DNA of 63,301 bases, counting the filler, from Octopus bimaculoides (Eukaryota), in assembly GCF_001194135.2 (NCBI RefSeq). It is 6 parts of 5 records of this genome, joined end to end, with 100 filler letters (N's around TTAATTAATTAA, not from the genome) between each part and the next. Parts side by side here need not be neighbours in the genome. Positions count along the whole stretch, not along the records: positions 15,087 to 27,622 come from NC_069007.1; positions 27,723 to 44,821 come from NC_068989.1; 4 more parts are not named here. One strand, written 5' to 3'. Under the pieces are notes generated by a model that saw only the letters and a program-made list of their open reading frames with translations, searched no databases and was not told the DNA's origin. Shown in pieces: positions 24,490 through 38,665 of this stretch. Position 1 is the first letter of the stretch, and each line of letters begins with the position of its first letter. Made by a program: the position numbers and the translations under genes.

Positions 24490-25987
24490 NNNNNNNNNNN
24501 NNNNNNNNNNNNNNNNNNNNNNNNNNNNNNNNNNNNNNNNNNNNNNNNNNNNNNNNNNNNNNNNNNNNNNNNNNNNNNNNNNNNNNNNNNNNNNNNNNNN
24601 NNNNNNNNNNNNNNNNNNNNNNNNNNNNNNNNNNNNNNNNNNNNNNNNNNNNNNNNNNNNNNNNNNNNNNNNNNNNNNNNNNNNNNNNNNNNNNNNNNNN
24701 NNNNNNNNNNNNNNNNNNNNNNNNNNNNNNNNNNNNNNNNNNNNNNNNNNNNNNNNNNNNNNNNNNNNNNNNNNNNNNNNNNNNNNNNNNNNNNNNNNNN
24801 NNNNNNNNNNNNNNNNNNNNNNNNNNNNNNNNNNNNNNNNNNNNNNNNNNNNNNNNNNNNNNNNNNNNNNNNNNNNNNNNNNNNNNNNNNNNNNNNNNNN
24901 NNNNNNNNNNNNNNNNNNNNNNNNNNNNNNNNNNNNNNNNNNNNNNNNNNNNNNNNNNNNNNNNNNNNNNNNNNNNNNNATATATATATATTGAGAGGTA
25001 TATTGAGAGATATATAACTAGATAGATAAGTAGATAGGTAGATAGATAAATACATAGACAGATAGATAGATAGATAGATACATACATACATACATACATA
25101 CATACATACATACATACATACATACATACATACATACGCAGGCAGGCTGACAGACAGACTAACTGACTGACAAGCAGACAGACAGACATGTATGTAGGTA
25201 AGAAAGTAGGTAGGTAGGTAGATAAATAGATATAGATAGATTCATAAATATAAACATATACACAAAATTACACATATATACAAACTCATATATACATAAC
25301 TAAATACATAACCAGTTACATTATATCACGCTTTCTGTTGTCAGTTTCATGTGACATCCTGACAAACAACTGCGATAATTTAAAAGACATTTCTAATGCC
25401 ATGCCAACATTATTCTATGCTTTTCTTTCCTTGTAACCCATTTGTTTTTCCCTTTTCTTCTGCCTCCTTTCTTTTCTTTTTCTTCAAATTTCCTTTCTTA
25501 TTTTCCTTCATAACATTGTTTCATACATTTATTTTCTTTCCCATATAAAATTTTTGGTCATTTGTTTGGTGCAGAGTTGGGAATTTTGACATTTTACATA
25601 TATTTATTTTAAAATCTTTGTTTTTATTTCAATATCTTTTTCATATTATATTTTACATCATTCGTAATGTTCCTTCCTCGTATGTTTTTGTACTGCCTTT
25701 ACGTATTTTCTTTATTCAAACCATTATTAAAACAAAATTTTACACATATTTCTTACATATAATCGTTATTGCACTCTTTTATTCATATATCTATTTATTT
25801 ATTCATTTATTTTTCTATATCACTTTTAAGATTCATACTTTATTTTTCGGTTGCTAAAATATGAAATTTATATCGCTAAAAATTCTTCCAAAAATAAAGA
25901 AAAAAAAAACATGGAGAATAGAATGATGAAAAAGATAAAAGATTTTTACAGTGAACCAAATACGAAAAAGCATACAAAATATTTAAA

Positions 25988-26020
<33 letters not shown>

Positions 26021-26843
26021 CTACACTTTAAAAAATGAATAAATCTACAGAGGAAGAAATTTAAAAATGTATAATAAAAAGCATGAAACGTAAGAATTGA
26101 GATACAATAAAGAAATCCGAACCGAAGCATTTAAACGCGACGGACAAATAAATACACACCAATGACGTGAAGAAGAGAAACGAGAGAAAAATAGATTTTA
26201 TATATATATTTATTTTTATCTATTTATTTACTTATTTTCTACCTATATATTTCTGAGAAAGAAAATGAGAGCGAGGGGACAAGTGCAAAGAGAGCTAGAG
26301 CGATTTCTGACACATCTCGTCCTCCATATTGAATATATACTTCTGTATTAAGTCATGTATAGATATGATATGTGTGTGTTTGTAACTATATATATGCATA
26401 TAAATATGTATGCCTGTGTCTATGTATACTTGAGGTAGGTGTGTATAAATGTGTGCCTCTTATACTTCTTCACATTTGATGTATTTTGATTAGTTTGTTG
26501 ATCTTAAACACTTATCTGTCAATATGAAAAATATCTTATTGTATATATTGTATATATTGTATATATTGTATATATACATCTATCAATCCACAGAACAAAA
26601 TGAGCACACAGAGACACACACACACACATAGAAAAACACATACACGCATTCGCACACGATTAAAGATGCACCAATGGACACATGTGACTTCATAGCTCTA
26701 TAAATATATTAGATAGAGAGAAGGAGAGAAGGGTATAGATAGATAGATAGACAGACAGACAGATAGATAGATAGATAGATAGATAGATCGGAAGAGTAGT
26801 ATAGCGGTAGATAGACACACAGACAGACAAACAGATAGATGAC

Positions 26844-26882
<39 letters not shown>

Positions 26883-26982
26883 NNNNNNNNNNNNNNNNNN
26901 NNNNNNNNNNNNNNNNNNNNNNNNNNNNNNNNNNNNNNNNNNNNNNNNNNNNNNNNNNNNNNNNNNNNNNNNNNNNNNNNNN

Positions 26983-27024
<42 letters not shown>

Positions 27025-27591
27025 TATTCATCGATTTATATATATGTGCGCGTTATATGAATATGGATAACTATCTATCTACATATGTACATATATATAT
27101 TTATATGTATGTATATATATGTATATATATAAGATGTGTATGTATATATATAAGCTTGTATATATAAATAAACATAGATATATGTACCCGTTTACGCACA
27201 CACACATACGTATATACCCAACAATGCGTGTGTCTATTTTGATGTATATATCTACTATAAATGTATGTGCATCTGTGCATCTGTGCACATACATATATGT
27301 ATATAGATATAGAACATAATGTAGATATAGAGAATGGCGTAAAGAGAGAAGGAGAGACAAAGGGAAGGAAGAGAGAAAGAGCGGTGAGAGATAAAATGAG
27401 TGAGACAGAAAGATAAATAGCATTTACAAATGTAAGTACGTGTAAAACAAAAATCTATATACTCAACTCTGAATATATGCATGCATCTCTGTATATAATT
27501 GGTTGTTAGTATCTATATATTCATATTTGACTTTGCATATATACATACATATGTTTGTGTGTGTGTGTGTGTATGTTTATATTTATATTCA

Positions 27592-27622
<31 letters not shown>

Positions 27623-27769
27623 NNNNNNNNNNNNNNNNNNNNNNNNNNNNNNNNNNNNNNNNNNNNTTAATTAATTAANNNNNNNNNNNNNNNNNNNNNN
27701 NNNNNNNNNNNNNNNNNNNNNNGTGTGTGCGTGTGTGTATGTGTGTGTGTGTATGTGTGTGTGTATAGT

Positions 27770-27935
27770 CGCAGGAGTAGGTGTTTGGTAAGAAGCTTGC
27801 TTCCCCACTATATGGTGCCATGTTCAGTCCAACTGCATGGCAGATTGGGTACATGTCTTCCTCTGCAGTCTCGGGCCGACCGAAATCTTTTGAGTGGATT
27901 TGGTAAACAGATACTGAAAGAAACCCGTCGTATAT
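27770..27935 (+). mobile_element. OR-type SINE head
   Basis: GCAGGAGTAGGTGTTTGGTAAGAAGCTTGC...GTTCAGTCC...CTCGGGCCGACC...GAAAGAAACCCGTCG. Confidence 0.85.
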
Positions 27936-28071
27936 GTATGTAAGTACACAGTGTCGCCACTGTCTTTTAGCAACTGAAATATGTGACAAACATATTTCAA
28001 TTCACCTAAATTCTGCTCATATATATGTGTGTGTATTTGTGTGTGTATTATGTGTGTGTGTGTGTATGTAT

Positions 28072-28892
28072 ATACAAGGTCTGATCAATAAGTTCCTGCA
28101 CTGTTGCCATAGTAACGAATCTAAAGCATGCACACTATGTTTTAATGTTCTAGCACACTTTCGCTGTTTATACTAGTGCTTGGCAGAAAGGTGTGTAGCG
28201 TGTGATCGTTGCATTGACTATGACAGAAAATTGTCATGGCGACACCTGCTCAGAGGCCGACGTAAAGTTGCAGAACGTGTATGAAGAGGAGCACATGAGT
28301 CGCACAGAAGTGTACGATTGGTTCAGATGTCTACAAATTGACCGAAAAATGTCGATATTGACAGATGTTCTGAGAGACCCGCAACCAGCAGAAATGGGAA
28401 AAACTTCGCAGATGTGCGTGCAGCTGTGAGGGGAGATCGTCGAATCACTATCCGTGAGTTATCAGAGGATGTGCAGATTAGTTACAGTTCAGTGAAGCCC
28501 ATTATCACCGACGATTTGTGTATGAGACGCGTGTCTGCCAAGCTTGTGCCAAAACTGCTTTCAGCTGACGAAAAGGACACATGAATTTTAGTTGCACAAG
28601 ATCTCCGTCATGGTATCGAGAACGATGAAAACCTTTCGAAAACTTTTTTACGTAGACCTCGGCGCAATTATCGTTAAGCTTTTGGCGAAACTTGATGCAG
28701 ATTTTCTGCTCACCTTTCTCTGTCATGTTCAACGTGACAAACACACGTTACACATTCCTTCCAAGTACTGCTGTAAATAGTGGAAGTGAGATAGAATGTT
28801 AAAACATAGTGTGCACGCGCAGCAGAATTCAAGGTCAATCTGTACCAAGCAGTTTTACTCTACATGCTTTAGTGTTGTTACTATAGCAACAG
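28072..28892. mobile_element. Two mariner 5' halves in inverted orientation
   Basis: Plus: TIR, then ..KLQNVYEEEHMSRTEVYDWF..DRRITIRELSEDVQISYSSVKPIITDDLCMRRVSAKLVPKLLS. Minus: MTEKGEQKICIKFRQKL. Shared subterminal block CTGTTGCCATAGTAAC..ATCTAAAGCATG / CATGCTTTAG...GTTACTATAGCAACAG. Confidence 0.8.
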
Positions 28893-30314
28893 TCAATAAT
28901 TATCACACTGAAAGTAAATCGAGTGATTTAAAATTGTTTTCTAACTCTTCGATCATTCATGGATTAAAAGACAGATTCAAACAATATTTAAATACATCCA
29001 AATATGCTTTCAACTCTTTTAAGTTAGATGAAGGCGATCTTGTAAAGTAAATAGATCTAAAGGATTCATGATGCTCTGTATATTAAACATCGCCGATTTA
29101 TTGCCAATTCAAAATAATGTGATTGATCAAAATAAAATATCCCTTCTAAAATATAGAATGCTCTTAATCGTATCCTTTTTATAGGCGCCAATATTTATTC
29201 TAATACGACATTGATACAGAATTGTGAACAAATACTGCTTAAAAATAGATTCCTGATGCAGTTTGCAGCGTTCAATATATCTTAAGGTCAAGAGTTTTGA
29301 TGAATGTTTTTTGAAATGAATTAAAAAGAATAAACTTTTTGTGAATATATAGAAAGTTTTAATGAATCAATTGTAGCGACTTGACACGATTTAAAGAAAT
29401 CCTTTTCGCGTTCCTATCTGATTTCCTATATTGGTCAGCAACGGATAAAGCTCGTACGGCCATGTTTTTACTGGATGTGTTTGTACAAGAAATAATTATT
29501 ACTGACTACAGGAGCGACGATAATAGTAATAATGATGATGATGATGATAATGATGATAACGCTTAGAAGAAGAAGAAGAAGAAGAGGAAAAAGGACGAAG
29601 AAGAGACACATTGGAATGAACAGCATTTAAATAGAAGTCCTCTCGAATCAGGAAATACTTGAATTCGAGAGTAATGTTTGGGTAAATACGAAGGAGTATA
29701 ACTGTGATGCCCTATGATTTGAAAAAAAAACCCAGATACTTGGCATTTGAAAGAGCAAACATGGGAGAAAATCAGTGTTGTGTGTATTTGACATATATTG
29801 AAAAAGTTCAGTAAAATAGAAGGCCCCTGGAATAGATAAGATTCCATGCTATTTGTTTCACACAAAATGTCAACTCGCTTTTACAACGTAATTATGAAGG
29901 AACCACAATCGGCGCAGGAATGACCGGACTATGGTATTACATTTTTCCTCGCCAAAATTATGAGACAAAAACTTATACAAACTTATGACGGGCTTTAAAA
30001 CAATGTAGAATATGTTAGTTCTGTATTAATGATACGGACGTATAATTTCCTCATTAATAACAACCTTTCGTTGATTAATAAAAAGCTGTGAATGTGGGTC
30101 ATATGATTCAGAGATCGAGTGTTGATTAAAAAAATGATTCTCGACGATTGTTGCAAAAGGAACAAAAACTACGAATTAGTAGCTTAGATTAGACTACAAG
30201 AAGGCCTTTCGTAGTCTTCCTCACGGTTCGGTTCAGAGAACATTCTAAATTTTACCAGAAATCTGGAATTTTGTATCTCATGTTAGCAAACTCTGAAAAA
30301 CGAGAGTAATTCTC

Positions 30315-30660
30315 AATACAGACTGCTGAGACCTCCTTCGGTCATGACTGACCATGGGATTGCGCCTAGAAAGTTACCCTCCCAGGCACAAGTCCCTGCA
30401 AGGTTTTTTTTATGGAAGACCAGCAGTTGCCCGTGCATACCGGCCTCCCCTATCCACACCACCGATGTTATCCGAGGAAAAGACAAAGACCGATACAGCT
30501 TGGCACTTGTTACGTAGCAACTCATTTATACAGCTGAGTGAACTGGAGCAACGGGAAATAAAATGTCTTGCTCAAGAACACAACACGCAGCCCGGTCCAG
30601 GATTCAAACTCACAACCTCAGGATCGTAAGCTCGACGCTCTAACCACTGAGACATGCGTC
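30315..30660 (-). mobile_element. tRNA-head SINE with RTE-like tail (third family), inserted in the R4 element
   Basis: Reverse-strand head GTGGTTAGAGCGTC...GAGTTTGAATCC, TTGAGCAAGACATTT central motif, CCATGGGATTGCGCCTAG tail. Confidence 0.7.
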
Positions 30661-30958
30661 TTCACCAATATAGACAGTACAATAATTAACCCAGAAGTCA
30701 ATATTAATTGTGACATCTTTCAAGGAGTCTCGATTCTCATTTGTTATTTTTGTTAGCACAGTTTTCCCTAAGGAAAATCCTGAATAAAACAAATATTGGA
30801 TACAAGCTGGATCGAATAATCATTGATCGTTTATTCTTTATGGGTGACTTAAATCTGTTTGCGAAAAATGATCAACTGCAGGTACAGTTTCTCGCCGTCA
30901 AACAATGTATTGGAGACATCAAAATTGAATTGTTCTTGAAAAATTCTGCAAGTTCACA

Positions 30959-31194
30959 TTTATTTTTTATTGCTCACTGGGGGCTAAACATAAAGGGGAC
31001 AAACAAGGATAGACAAAGAGTTTAAGTGAATTACATCGAACCCAGTGCGTAACTGGTACTTATTTAATCGAGCCCGAAATGATGAAAGGCAAAGTCGATC
31101 TCGGCGGAGTTTGAACTGAGAACGTAACAGCAGACGAAATACCGCTAAGCATTTCGCCCGACGTGCTAACGATTCTGCCAGCTCACCGCCCTTC
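30959..31194 (-). mobile_element. MetaSINE-like SINE inserted in the R4 element
   Basis: Full reverse copy; RT coding sequence resumes after it. Confidence 0.9.
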
Positions 31195-33487
31195 TTCAAG
31201 TTTAAATTTACCAAGGGACATCTACCAAACACATGCAATATCATTCTAGGTAGAGATAACAAAATAAAAGAATTAGAACTTAGTGACGGTTAAAAGTAGT
31301 AGGTGAAAGGATGCGATAAATGAGAGAAGGCATAAGAAAAGATTGATGTGGGAAAGTTGAATGTAAAAATCAAAACTGGGCCTATAATCACGCTGGTCGT
31401 GCGTGTAATCACATAGAGCTTCAAGATTAGAAAGTGGTCTATCTCGAAATTAACACAGTTGATGTCAAAATCTGGAAGCAGATTAGAATGCATCGTATGC
31501 ATCAGACAATGACAAACATCGACCGAATATACATTTGAGAAGAGAAAGCAGTGAAGCATGAATACACTCTCAACTCTCATTGAAAATTTCAACCATAGGA
31601 CATTTTACGTACCTGCAAGAAGTAAACGGATGGGTGTTAAAATTGGTTGTGAAATACAAAGATACGAAAAGTTGCACTTAGTGATGAAAAACACAAAAAC
31701 ATGCCTTCTAGAAATGCAACTGAAGCAGGAAGTATTACTTGAAGAATATGTGTGACATAGCAAATTCAGCTGACATGGCAAAAGAAATGAAAAGAAATAT
31801 AGCCAAACAAAACAGTCTCCAAAACCAGTTCGACAGAACGGGCAAATAATGCACGAGTTCTAACTTTATTACAATTCTACAAATAACACAAGAAGTAACT
31901 ATTTGAAGTAATATTTTATGGTATATAGCCCAGTTTTATTTTCTTTATTTGAGTGCTACTTCTGTTGTATCTTGTTTTTAAAGTTCGAATATATGGCATA
32001 TGTTTGCTAATAAACGAATCATTGGTTCTATGTTTCGAATGAGAAAATCGCCGGTTCGAATTGAACTAAACATGAAAATAAGAGACACTAAATTCTACAT
32101 TATATTTTGTCCGGTGCTTTACCATTCTTTCATTTGTAATAATTATTAATATATATATCTTTAACAACGGGTATACTTCCAGATGTTCGTTTTAATGATG
32201 CTGAAGTTAAATAAACATTAAACTGGAATTTTAAAACCCTAGTCAATGCAAGTGAAATTCTATGTTGAACGAAATTGAACTCAACATAAAGGTTTGTAAT
32301 TAAATGACACCAGGTGTTGTATGCATCAATCTTAATACAATACAATGGAAATAGATATTTGCTATTGTGCTTCTGGTAGAGAGACCAATAACCATTACCT
32401 CAGTTATGACAATGAAAGAAAATGAACTAGATAGTAATTAGGTTGCTGCTCCGATACTGATTGTATTGTAGAAAAATATATGGAAAACAACGGCATTGAC
32501 ACGTAACTATCACTGAGATCTAACAACAGTAGTAACTGTAGTAATAACTGCGACTGCAGAATTAAACATTTACTAGTGAAAACAAAGTGAACAGCGCTTA
32601 TAGAAGCAGGTAGGAGTTGAAAGAAACAAAAATACCAATGAATGTAACGACACAAAGGTAGCAGCTGCAATGAACAAAGTTGATCCTGATGCACGAGAAA
32701 ACAAAAGAGATGAACATCTTAATCAGTTTTCCAGTGATAAAGCTACATAAAAAAATTCAAAAAGACAAGCATTTTTCAATGTTATCTATCTTTCGAAGAG
32801 GGTCAATTTTATAGTAACATATTTTTATGCTGAGACCCCCAAATCATTGAAAGATAAGTGTATATCAATACAGCTTCAAAAGAAGGAAACTATAGTGTAC
32901 AGGTGTCAGTGTATAATATCAAAAATTTACGAGAAAGAAATCTAATATAAACCAGTAAATATATCATGTGCTGATATTAAACAGGAAACTCAGAAGCTGC
33001 AGGTGACACTAATCAATACAATACCATGTATACATAATTGTCAACTTGATGAAAGGATATTGGATTATATATATAAAAGAAAGAATGCACCATCTCCCTT
33101 AAAGATTACAAATGTTTTTTGTTGTACAAAATGTGCATCTTGTACACACTTAGTTTTTTAAATAAAGCAACAATATTTTAGAGCAATTGTATAATTGATT
33201 TTATTGACCTTAGAATCTATCTGATATTTATTTTGTCGACACTGAATCATGAAAATAATAGACCAATTCGAGCCCATTTCAAATGAAAGTATATAAAGAA
33301 GAAACAACTGGACTTTGATGTTCTACTTTCTCAACGCTATCTAAGTGACAACACATGCCACCTTGGTCGGTAATAGCCCAGAACGTCATTGGCGTTTAAC
33401 CTACAGGACGGATAAGCCAACTGTGCGTGTGTACAAACCACGGAAATGGTAACAGTAACACTACCCGTAACAGCGAGAGAAACAAAT

Positions 33488-33700
33488 GTTCTTTTTCTAC
33501 TCTAGGCATAAGGCTCAAAAAATTGGGGGAGGGCGCCATGCGATTAAATCAACCCCAGTACAGAACTGGTACTTAATTTATCAACCCCGAAAGGATGAAA
33601 GGCAAAGTCGACCTCGGGGGAATTTGAACTCAGAACGTAAAACAGACGAAATACTGCTAAGCATTTCGCTCGGTGTGCTAACGTTTCGGTCAGCTCGCTA
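33488..33700 (-). mobile_element. MetaSINE-like SINE
   Basis: GGATGAAAGGCAAAGTCGACCTCGGGGGAATTTGAACTCAGAAC. Confidence 0.9.
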
Positions 33701-34299
33701 CCTGGAATAAAACAAATATTAAACAAGAAGAAAATATCAAAGCGGTTTTTGTGCATTTACAGAGAATACCGAACTATCTTACACAGGATCTTGTTTTTAG
33801 AATTCCCCAATAAGTTATGAATGCACTAATTGTGAAGTTAGTTATGTAATGACATGGAATTAGTTACCCGATAATAAGAATTCAATTAAAGAAGCCCCGA
33901 AAAGGACTTTTGTGTGTTTCCAGATAATAACGATTCAAAGTAAATAATTCTGTAAAAGGCTTTTGTGCGTTCCCAGAGAATATTACCATCAGGGGGGCTA
34001 GTGTTCGTATATTCGTGAATAAGTCAGTAACCGAAATAAGTGGATCTATTGTTTAGGAAAATACTATTTACTTGTTTAAGGGTTGTACTGGATAAATTGA
34101 GAAAATAACATTTAAAATACTAAGAAATAAGCATACTCAATTTCATTTTTATGAAATGATTTAGGAAAATGAATGGGTTATTTCCATTGGGTATATATAA
34201 GGATCACTTCCATGGGTTATTTCCCTTGGTTTTTAAAATAAAATATATTAGATATATACAAGGATCCATTCCATGGGCCCTATTAGCGATTTTTTTCAA

Positions 34300-34443
34300 C
34301 AATCTGAGCATGCCATGAGGTTTCCAGACATGAGCTCTACTCACGTGTCAAGTTTCATCAAAACCGATAAAACGATGTAGAAGGATTTAGCTAACAACTC
34401 CACAAACGCACCCACAGACAAAATTTCCCACATATGTACTAGA
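34300..34443 (+). mobile_element. Helentron-like MITE 3' end (a similar end lies at ~50400-50582)
   Basis: GTGTCAAGTTTCATCAAAACCG...ACAGACAAAATT...TAGAT terminus resembles HINE/DINE ends; inference. Confidence 0.4.
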
Positions 34444-35061
34444 TAATATTTATGTGGAGCGAACTAAACAATTATAACAACCCCAAGAACTGTCTGTACA
34501 AATGACAAACATACTGTACATAAAGAAACATGTGAATAAATGCAGTTGTGACAATTTCTAGAATGTTGAAACAACGTAAACGCTTATGGATTCATCTTGA
34601 GCCGCCGATCGTACTGAGAAAAAAATCATAAATGAATAAACTCTTGTTTTAGTTAATTCGGTACCCTACATCTCTTCCGTAATATTCATTCTCTTAATTC
34701 AGGAGTGATAAATAGCAAAATAGGGAATGTGCTCAGTCAGACACACTATTATTTCTGCTACTCTATAGCAGTAAGAATTAGGTGGACATTGGATTACATC
34801 ATTAAAATTGACAATAACAATTGCTCTTATCATCAGCAGAGAACCTGAAATTTAAGAGTGGGAAATAGCCAATTTTATTTTTTCCTCGTGCTTGATTGAT
34901 ACTGTATTTTATGTACATTGCAATAACGAAGGACACAGTTCACTTTGGTAAGACATGGACTGAGAACGAAAAAATTCGGAACAAATAGTGCAGTGTATTT
35001 TTCCGACGTTCTAATGACGCTGATGATCCATGTTATTACCAATCCAATCCAGTCCACTATA

Positions 35062-35232
35062 GGCATAGAACCTGAAATTTTGGTCGATTAAGTCGACCTA
35101 AGTGGTCACGTGATTCGATTTTAGCGACACCGGAGGAATGAAATACAAGTCGACTTCGGTGAAATTTGAACACAAAACGTAAAGTCGCAAGAAATGCAAC
35201 TAAACATTTTGCACGGCGTACTAACACGTCTT
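35062..35232 (-). mobile_element. Diverged MetaSINE-like SINE
   Basis: AAGTCGACTTCGGTGAAATTTGAAC...CGGCGTACTAAC. Confidence 0.75.
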
Positions 35233-37989
35233 TAATAGCCACAACAACAGTTTTCAAACTGATGAATAATATAAATATTGTCCGCGAAGAAATCGAGGTA
35301 ATGTAATCGAGAATAGAAACCGGATATTCATAAAAGAGAACAAATTACAATAAGGATATTTTATTGCTTGTTAAATTTCTCCCCAAGATAGTGAGACTCG
35401 CGGATGTTATATTTAAGTCTCCATTCATTAGGATTAAATGGATTAAATAGGATTTAAATATTTCACAAGCATAAATTCTACGAAATCAACGCAAGCAGCC
35501 GTTGCCCATGACTCAGTCATATCATAACACCTTTATAAGACAACAGTGGTGAGTTGTAAACATCAGAGTAATAAAATCATAAATTCAAAGACGTTCAATT
35601 GAAAAGCAGGAAGATACCTTACGTAACGGTGAGAAAAACGGAAGTTACATTAGAATCGGAAATCAGATGTGAAACGGAAAGCGGAAAAGTTACGGAAGGT
35701 GATAATAAATGAGAAATAAATGTCGGTTACATAACGAAATCAAAAGACGAAATGATAATAATAGTAATCCTTTAAGTGCTTGTCAGAAGTACAAGAATGA
35801 GTTAAGTGATAACACTTTATATAACGGCGAAAATATTCAATATATTTCAGTGCCGGAGAATTATTCCACGAATTATTTCGTATAATACGATTAAGAGAGA
35901 TTATGAAGATACAATCTAATATTTTCATTTGGACGGCAAAAGAATATGTTATTTTATTACGGTTTAAGAATATTGTGTTGATTGATTTGTAATAATAAGA
36001 TTAAGTTTAATAAATTATTTATTTGAATTAAATATTAAATAGTATTTTTTGAGCATCTTCCTTTACAGAGTTATAAACAATATTAACATTATGAAAATGT
36101 TATTCAAGTCAACTGATTTGGAACTCTTCTCATTATTTTGAAACGAGCTGAAGCACCGAACTGACAGAATCAGTAGTGCGTCGACAAAATTCTATGTTGC
36201 ATTTTTTTCCACTTTTACATTCCCCCAAATGAGTTCAAATCTCCCAAAAGCAAATTATCCTAAAACTCGGTCTGTACACTTACGACGGAACGAAGTCCAC
36301 TTGAGGCTTTCAGGAATTACTAAGTGATGTTAAACTGGACGACGAATTCACTGAACTACAAAATGGGTCATATATAGGAAGGTAATTGAGTTACACTTGT
36401 TAAAGTATCAATTAGAGCAGTACGGAATACTCATAATCACCAGAAACAAAAGAAATGACATTATCTGTCATATTTTCAGACTGAATTAACGACCGTTGCT
36501 AGACGCACTGTAATTGTGTTTTCATGTCTTTGGTTAAGGTAAAATATTCCGAATATCTTTCATTTACTGTAGTCTTCGTAAGTGTAAGTGTTCTAATATT
36601 CAACAATCAGGGTTAGAGCGTTTTGCTATTCAGATCTAATTTGACCAGAGTGCATCCAGAGTGGCCTCATTTCTTTGTCATTTCATTACACAATGTAACA
36701 AAATTTTAATTTCTTTTTGTGTTATTTCTAGAAATCAAAGGGAATTACTACTATTCCTTTCAGACTTTGCTTTTGTGACCTGGACATCAACGTTTTGAAA
36801 CTGACTTAATTTCCATTACATTTCAGACAGATTCAGCGCTGAGTTGCTGAAGCAGACATATCGTTATAGAAAAAATTGTACTCAATACCAGAGATTTCTG
36901 TGTCAGTTTTTTTTATACCTTAGTCACTTGAGCATATCCTAGCTGACAATATGTGCATCTCTGATCAAATGCAGGAGCCGGGGAAGAGCATAATAGCCAT
37001 GTGTTGAGAGGGATTGTTTTGTCTGAATAAATGTAACAAAAGCAAAATTTGAAGGAAAGAGCCACTTTTCATATTTTCTAGGTCTAAGCCATGCCTACAC
37101 CATACAGCCACGCCAGCGCCTACATATATAAAAATATTTTCATCAGACTCACATCTCTTGAAAAATTTCGAATGTGATTGTATAATTTGGGTCAATACAG
37201 TACTATTTAGCCTAACAGAAATACAAATTAAATCTCATCAGCTACATTTACTACGATGAAATCCCACAGAGTATGCAAATAATTTTACTCAATTAGGAAA
37301 GCTTCATCTCGTTATTTTCAAATAAGAATTTCCATTATTATTTTTTTCTTTCCCGATCGCAAGGAAATTTCGATTTGCTGTTTTCCTCTTTTTCATCTTA
37401 ATTATACTCGTACGCACATCTGTATGACTAATTTATAAATGCTTTGATGCCAATAATCGCCGCCTGTCCTTCTTTATTATACCTTCATTAGTTCAGCGCT
37501 GCATTGCCTATAGTTGAACCTTTTTACTTAGACTCAATCTTCCGTCGTTAGACGGTGGATCTTAGGTGATTCAACTGATCTGAGCACTAATCTGCGTAAT
37601 CTGTAGTACGCCACTTGATGTATTCTTATCCATACATGCACACACACACACACACGCACGCACACACACACACACACACACATACACACACACACACACA
37701 CACACAAAATATATATATGAAATATATATAGTGTATAATACATAAGATGTATATCATATTAGCTGTAATACCAGTCGTTGATCAGGTAATTACTTTTACC
37801 CTTTCTCGAGAGGCAGTTTCAAAGTGTTACTATATATAGAGATTTACTCCTCCTGTACGTGTGAATTTTATGAGAAAAAAAAACGTAATAATTGAAGTAG
37901 AAAATATATCAGTTTCATACACGAAATTCTGTTTGTTTATTATATGACAATAATAAGTGAGTTGTATGTGTTATTTTATATATCAATAC

Positions 37990-38120
37990 AGTAACGACAA
38001 TTATATAATACACAAGTTTTTGGTCGGCACGGAGCTGTAATGAAAGAGACTTACCCAACGTGCCGCACAGTGGGACTGTACCCAAGGCGACATGGTTAAA
38101 AAACAAGGTTCTCAGCTATA
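37990..38120 (-). mobile_element. OR-type SINE head
   Basis: TTGGTCGGC..GGAGCT...GTGCCGCACAGTGGGACTG.ACCC. Confidence 0.65.
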
Positions 38121-38214
38121 CAGTCACACCTATAAAGGAGAGATACAGTTCGGATAAAATACATCTAAAAACAACATGCTTAACAAAAAGATGGGATGTT
38201 TACGGTGAGAAGAT

Positions 38215-38271
<57 letters not shown>

Positions 38272-38273
<2 letters not shown>

Positions 38274-38665
38274 TGCTTTCTAATTGATGTATCAATACCA
38301 GCAGATGACAATGTTTCTCTAAAAGAAATGGAAAAACTTTCAAAATACAAAGACCTGGAAATAGAGATAACTCGAATGTGGAATCTAAAAACAGAAACAA
38401 TTCCTACCATAGTAGGTGCCTTAGGTATAATAAAAAAAATATTCAGACAAATACATAACAAAAACACCAGGACTTACAAATATATATAACATACAGAAAA
38501 TTGCACTACTGGGTACTGCACACATTCTACGCAAAACACTTTCAATACAGTAAACATAAGAGCACCACAGCAAACCACAGCACATACCCAAGGCGCACAG
38601 AGCTGCGCTCGGTAGTGAAGTGAAAGCGCGTTATAAAAATAAAACTACTGAACAATGATAATAAT
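38272..38665 (+). mobile_element. 5'-truncated Dong/R4 3' end (restriction-like endonuclease + 3' UTR) embedded in (TAA)n
   Basis: CFLIDVSIPADDNVSLKEMEKLSKYKDLEIEITRMWNLKTETIPTIVGALGIIKK = R4 REL domain; (TAA)n on both sides. Confidence 0.92.

Larger units (their letters stand above)
29590..31870 (+). mobile_element. Decayed R4/Dong-clade LINE RT region with two nested SINEs
   Basis: Ordered motifs KAPGIDKIP, GITFFL.K, KMILDDC, DYKKAFRSLPH, IFQG, LFFMGDLNLFAKND (LLYMDDLKLYAKND), HRMH..TNIDRIYI. Confidence 0.85.

Noticed and set aside
32400-32750. Purine-rich coding-like stretch (NNCDCRIK, AAAMNKVDPDARENKR)
   Set aside because: Stops in all plus frames and no motif set I can assign.
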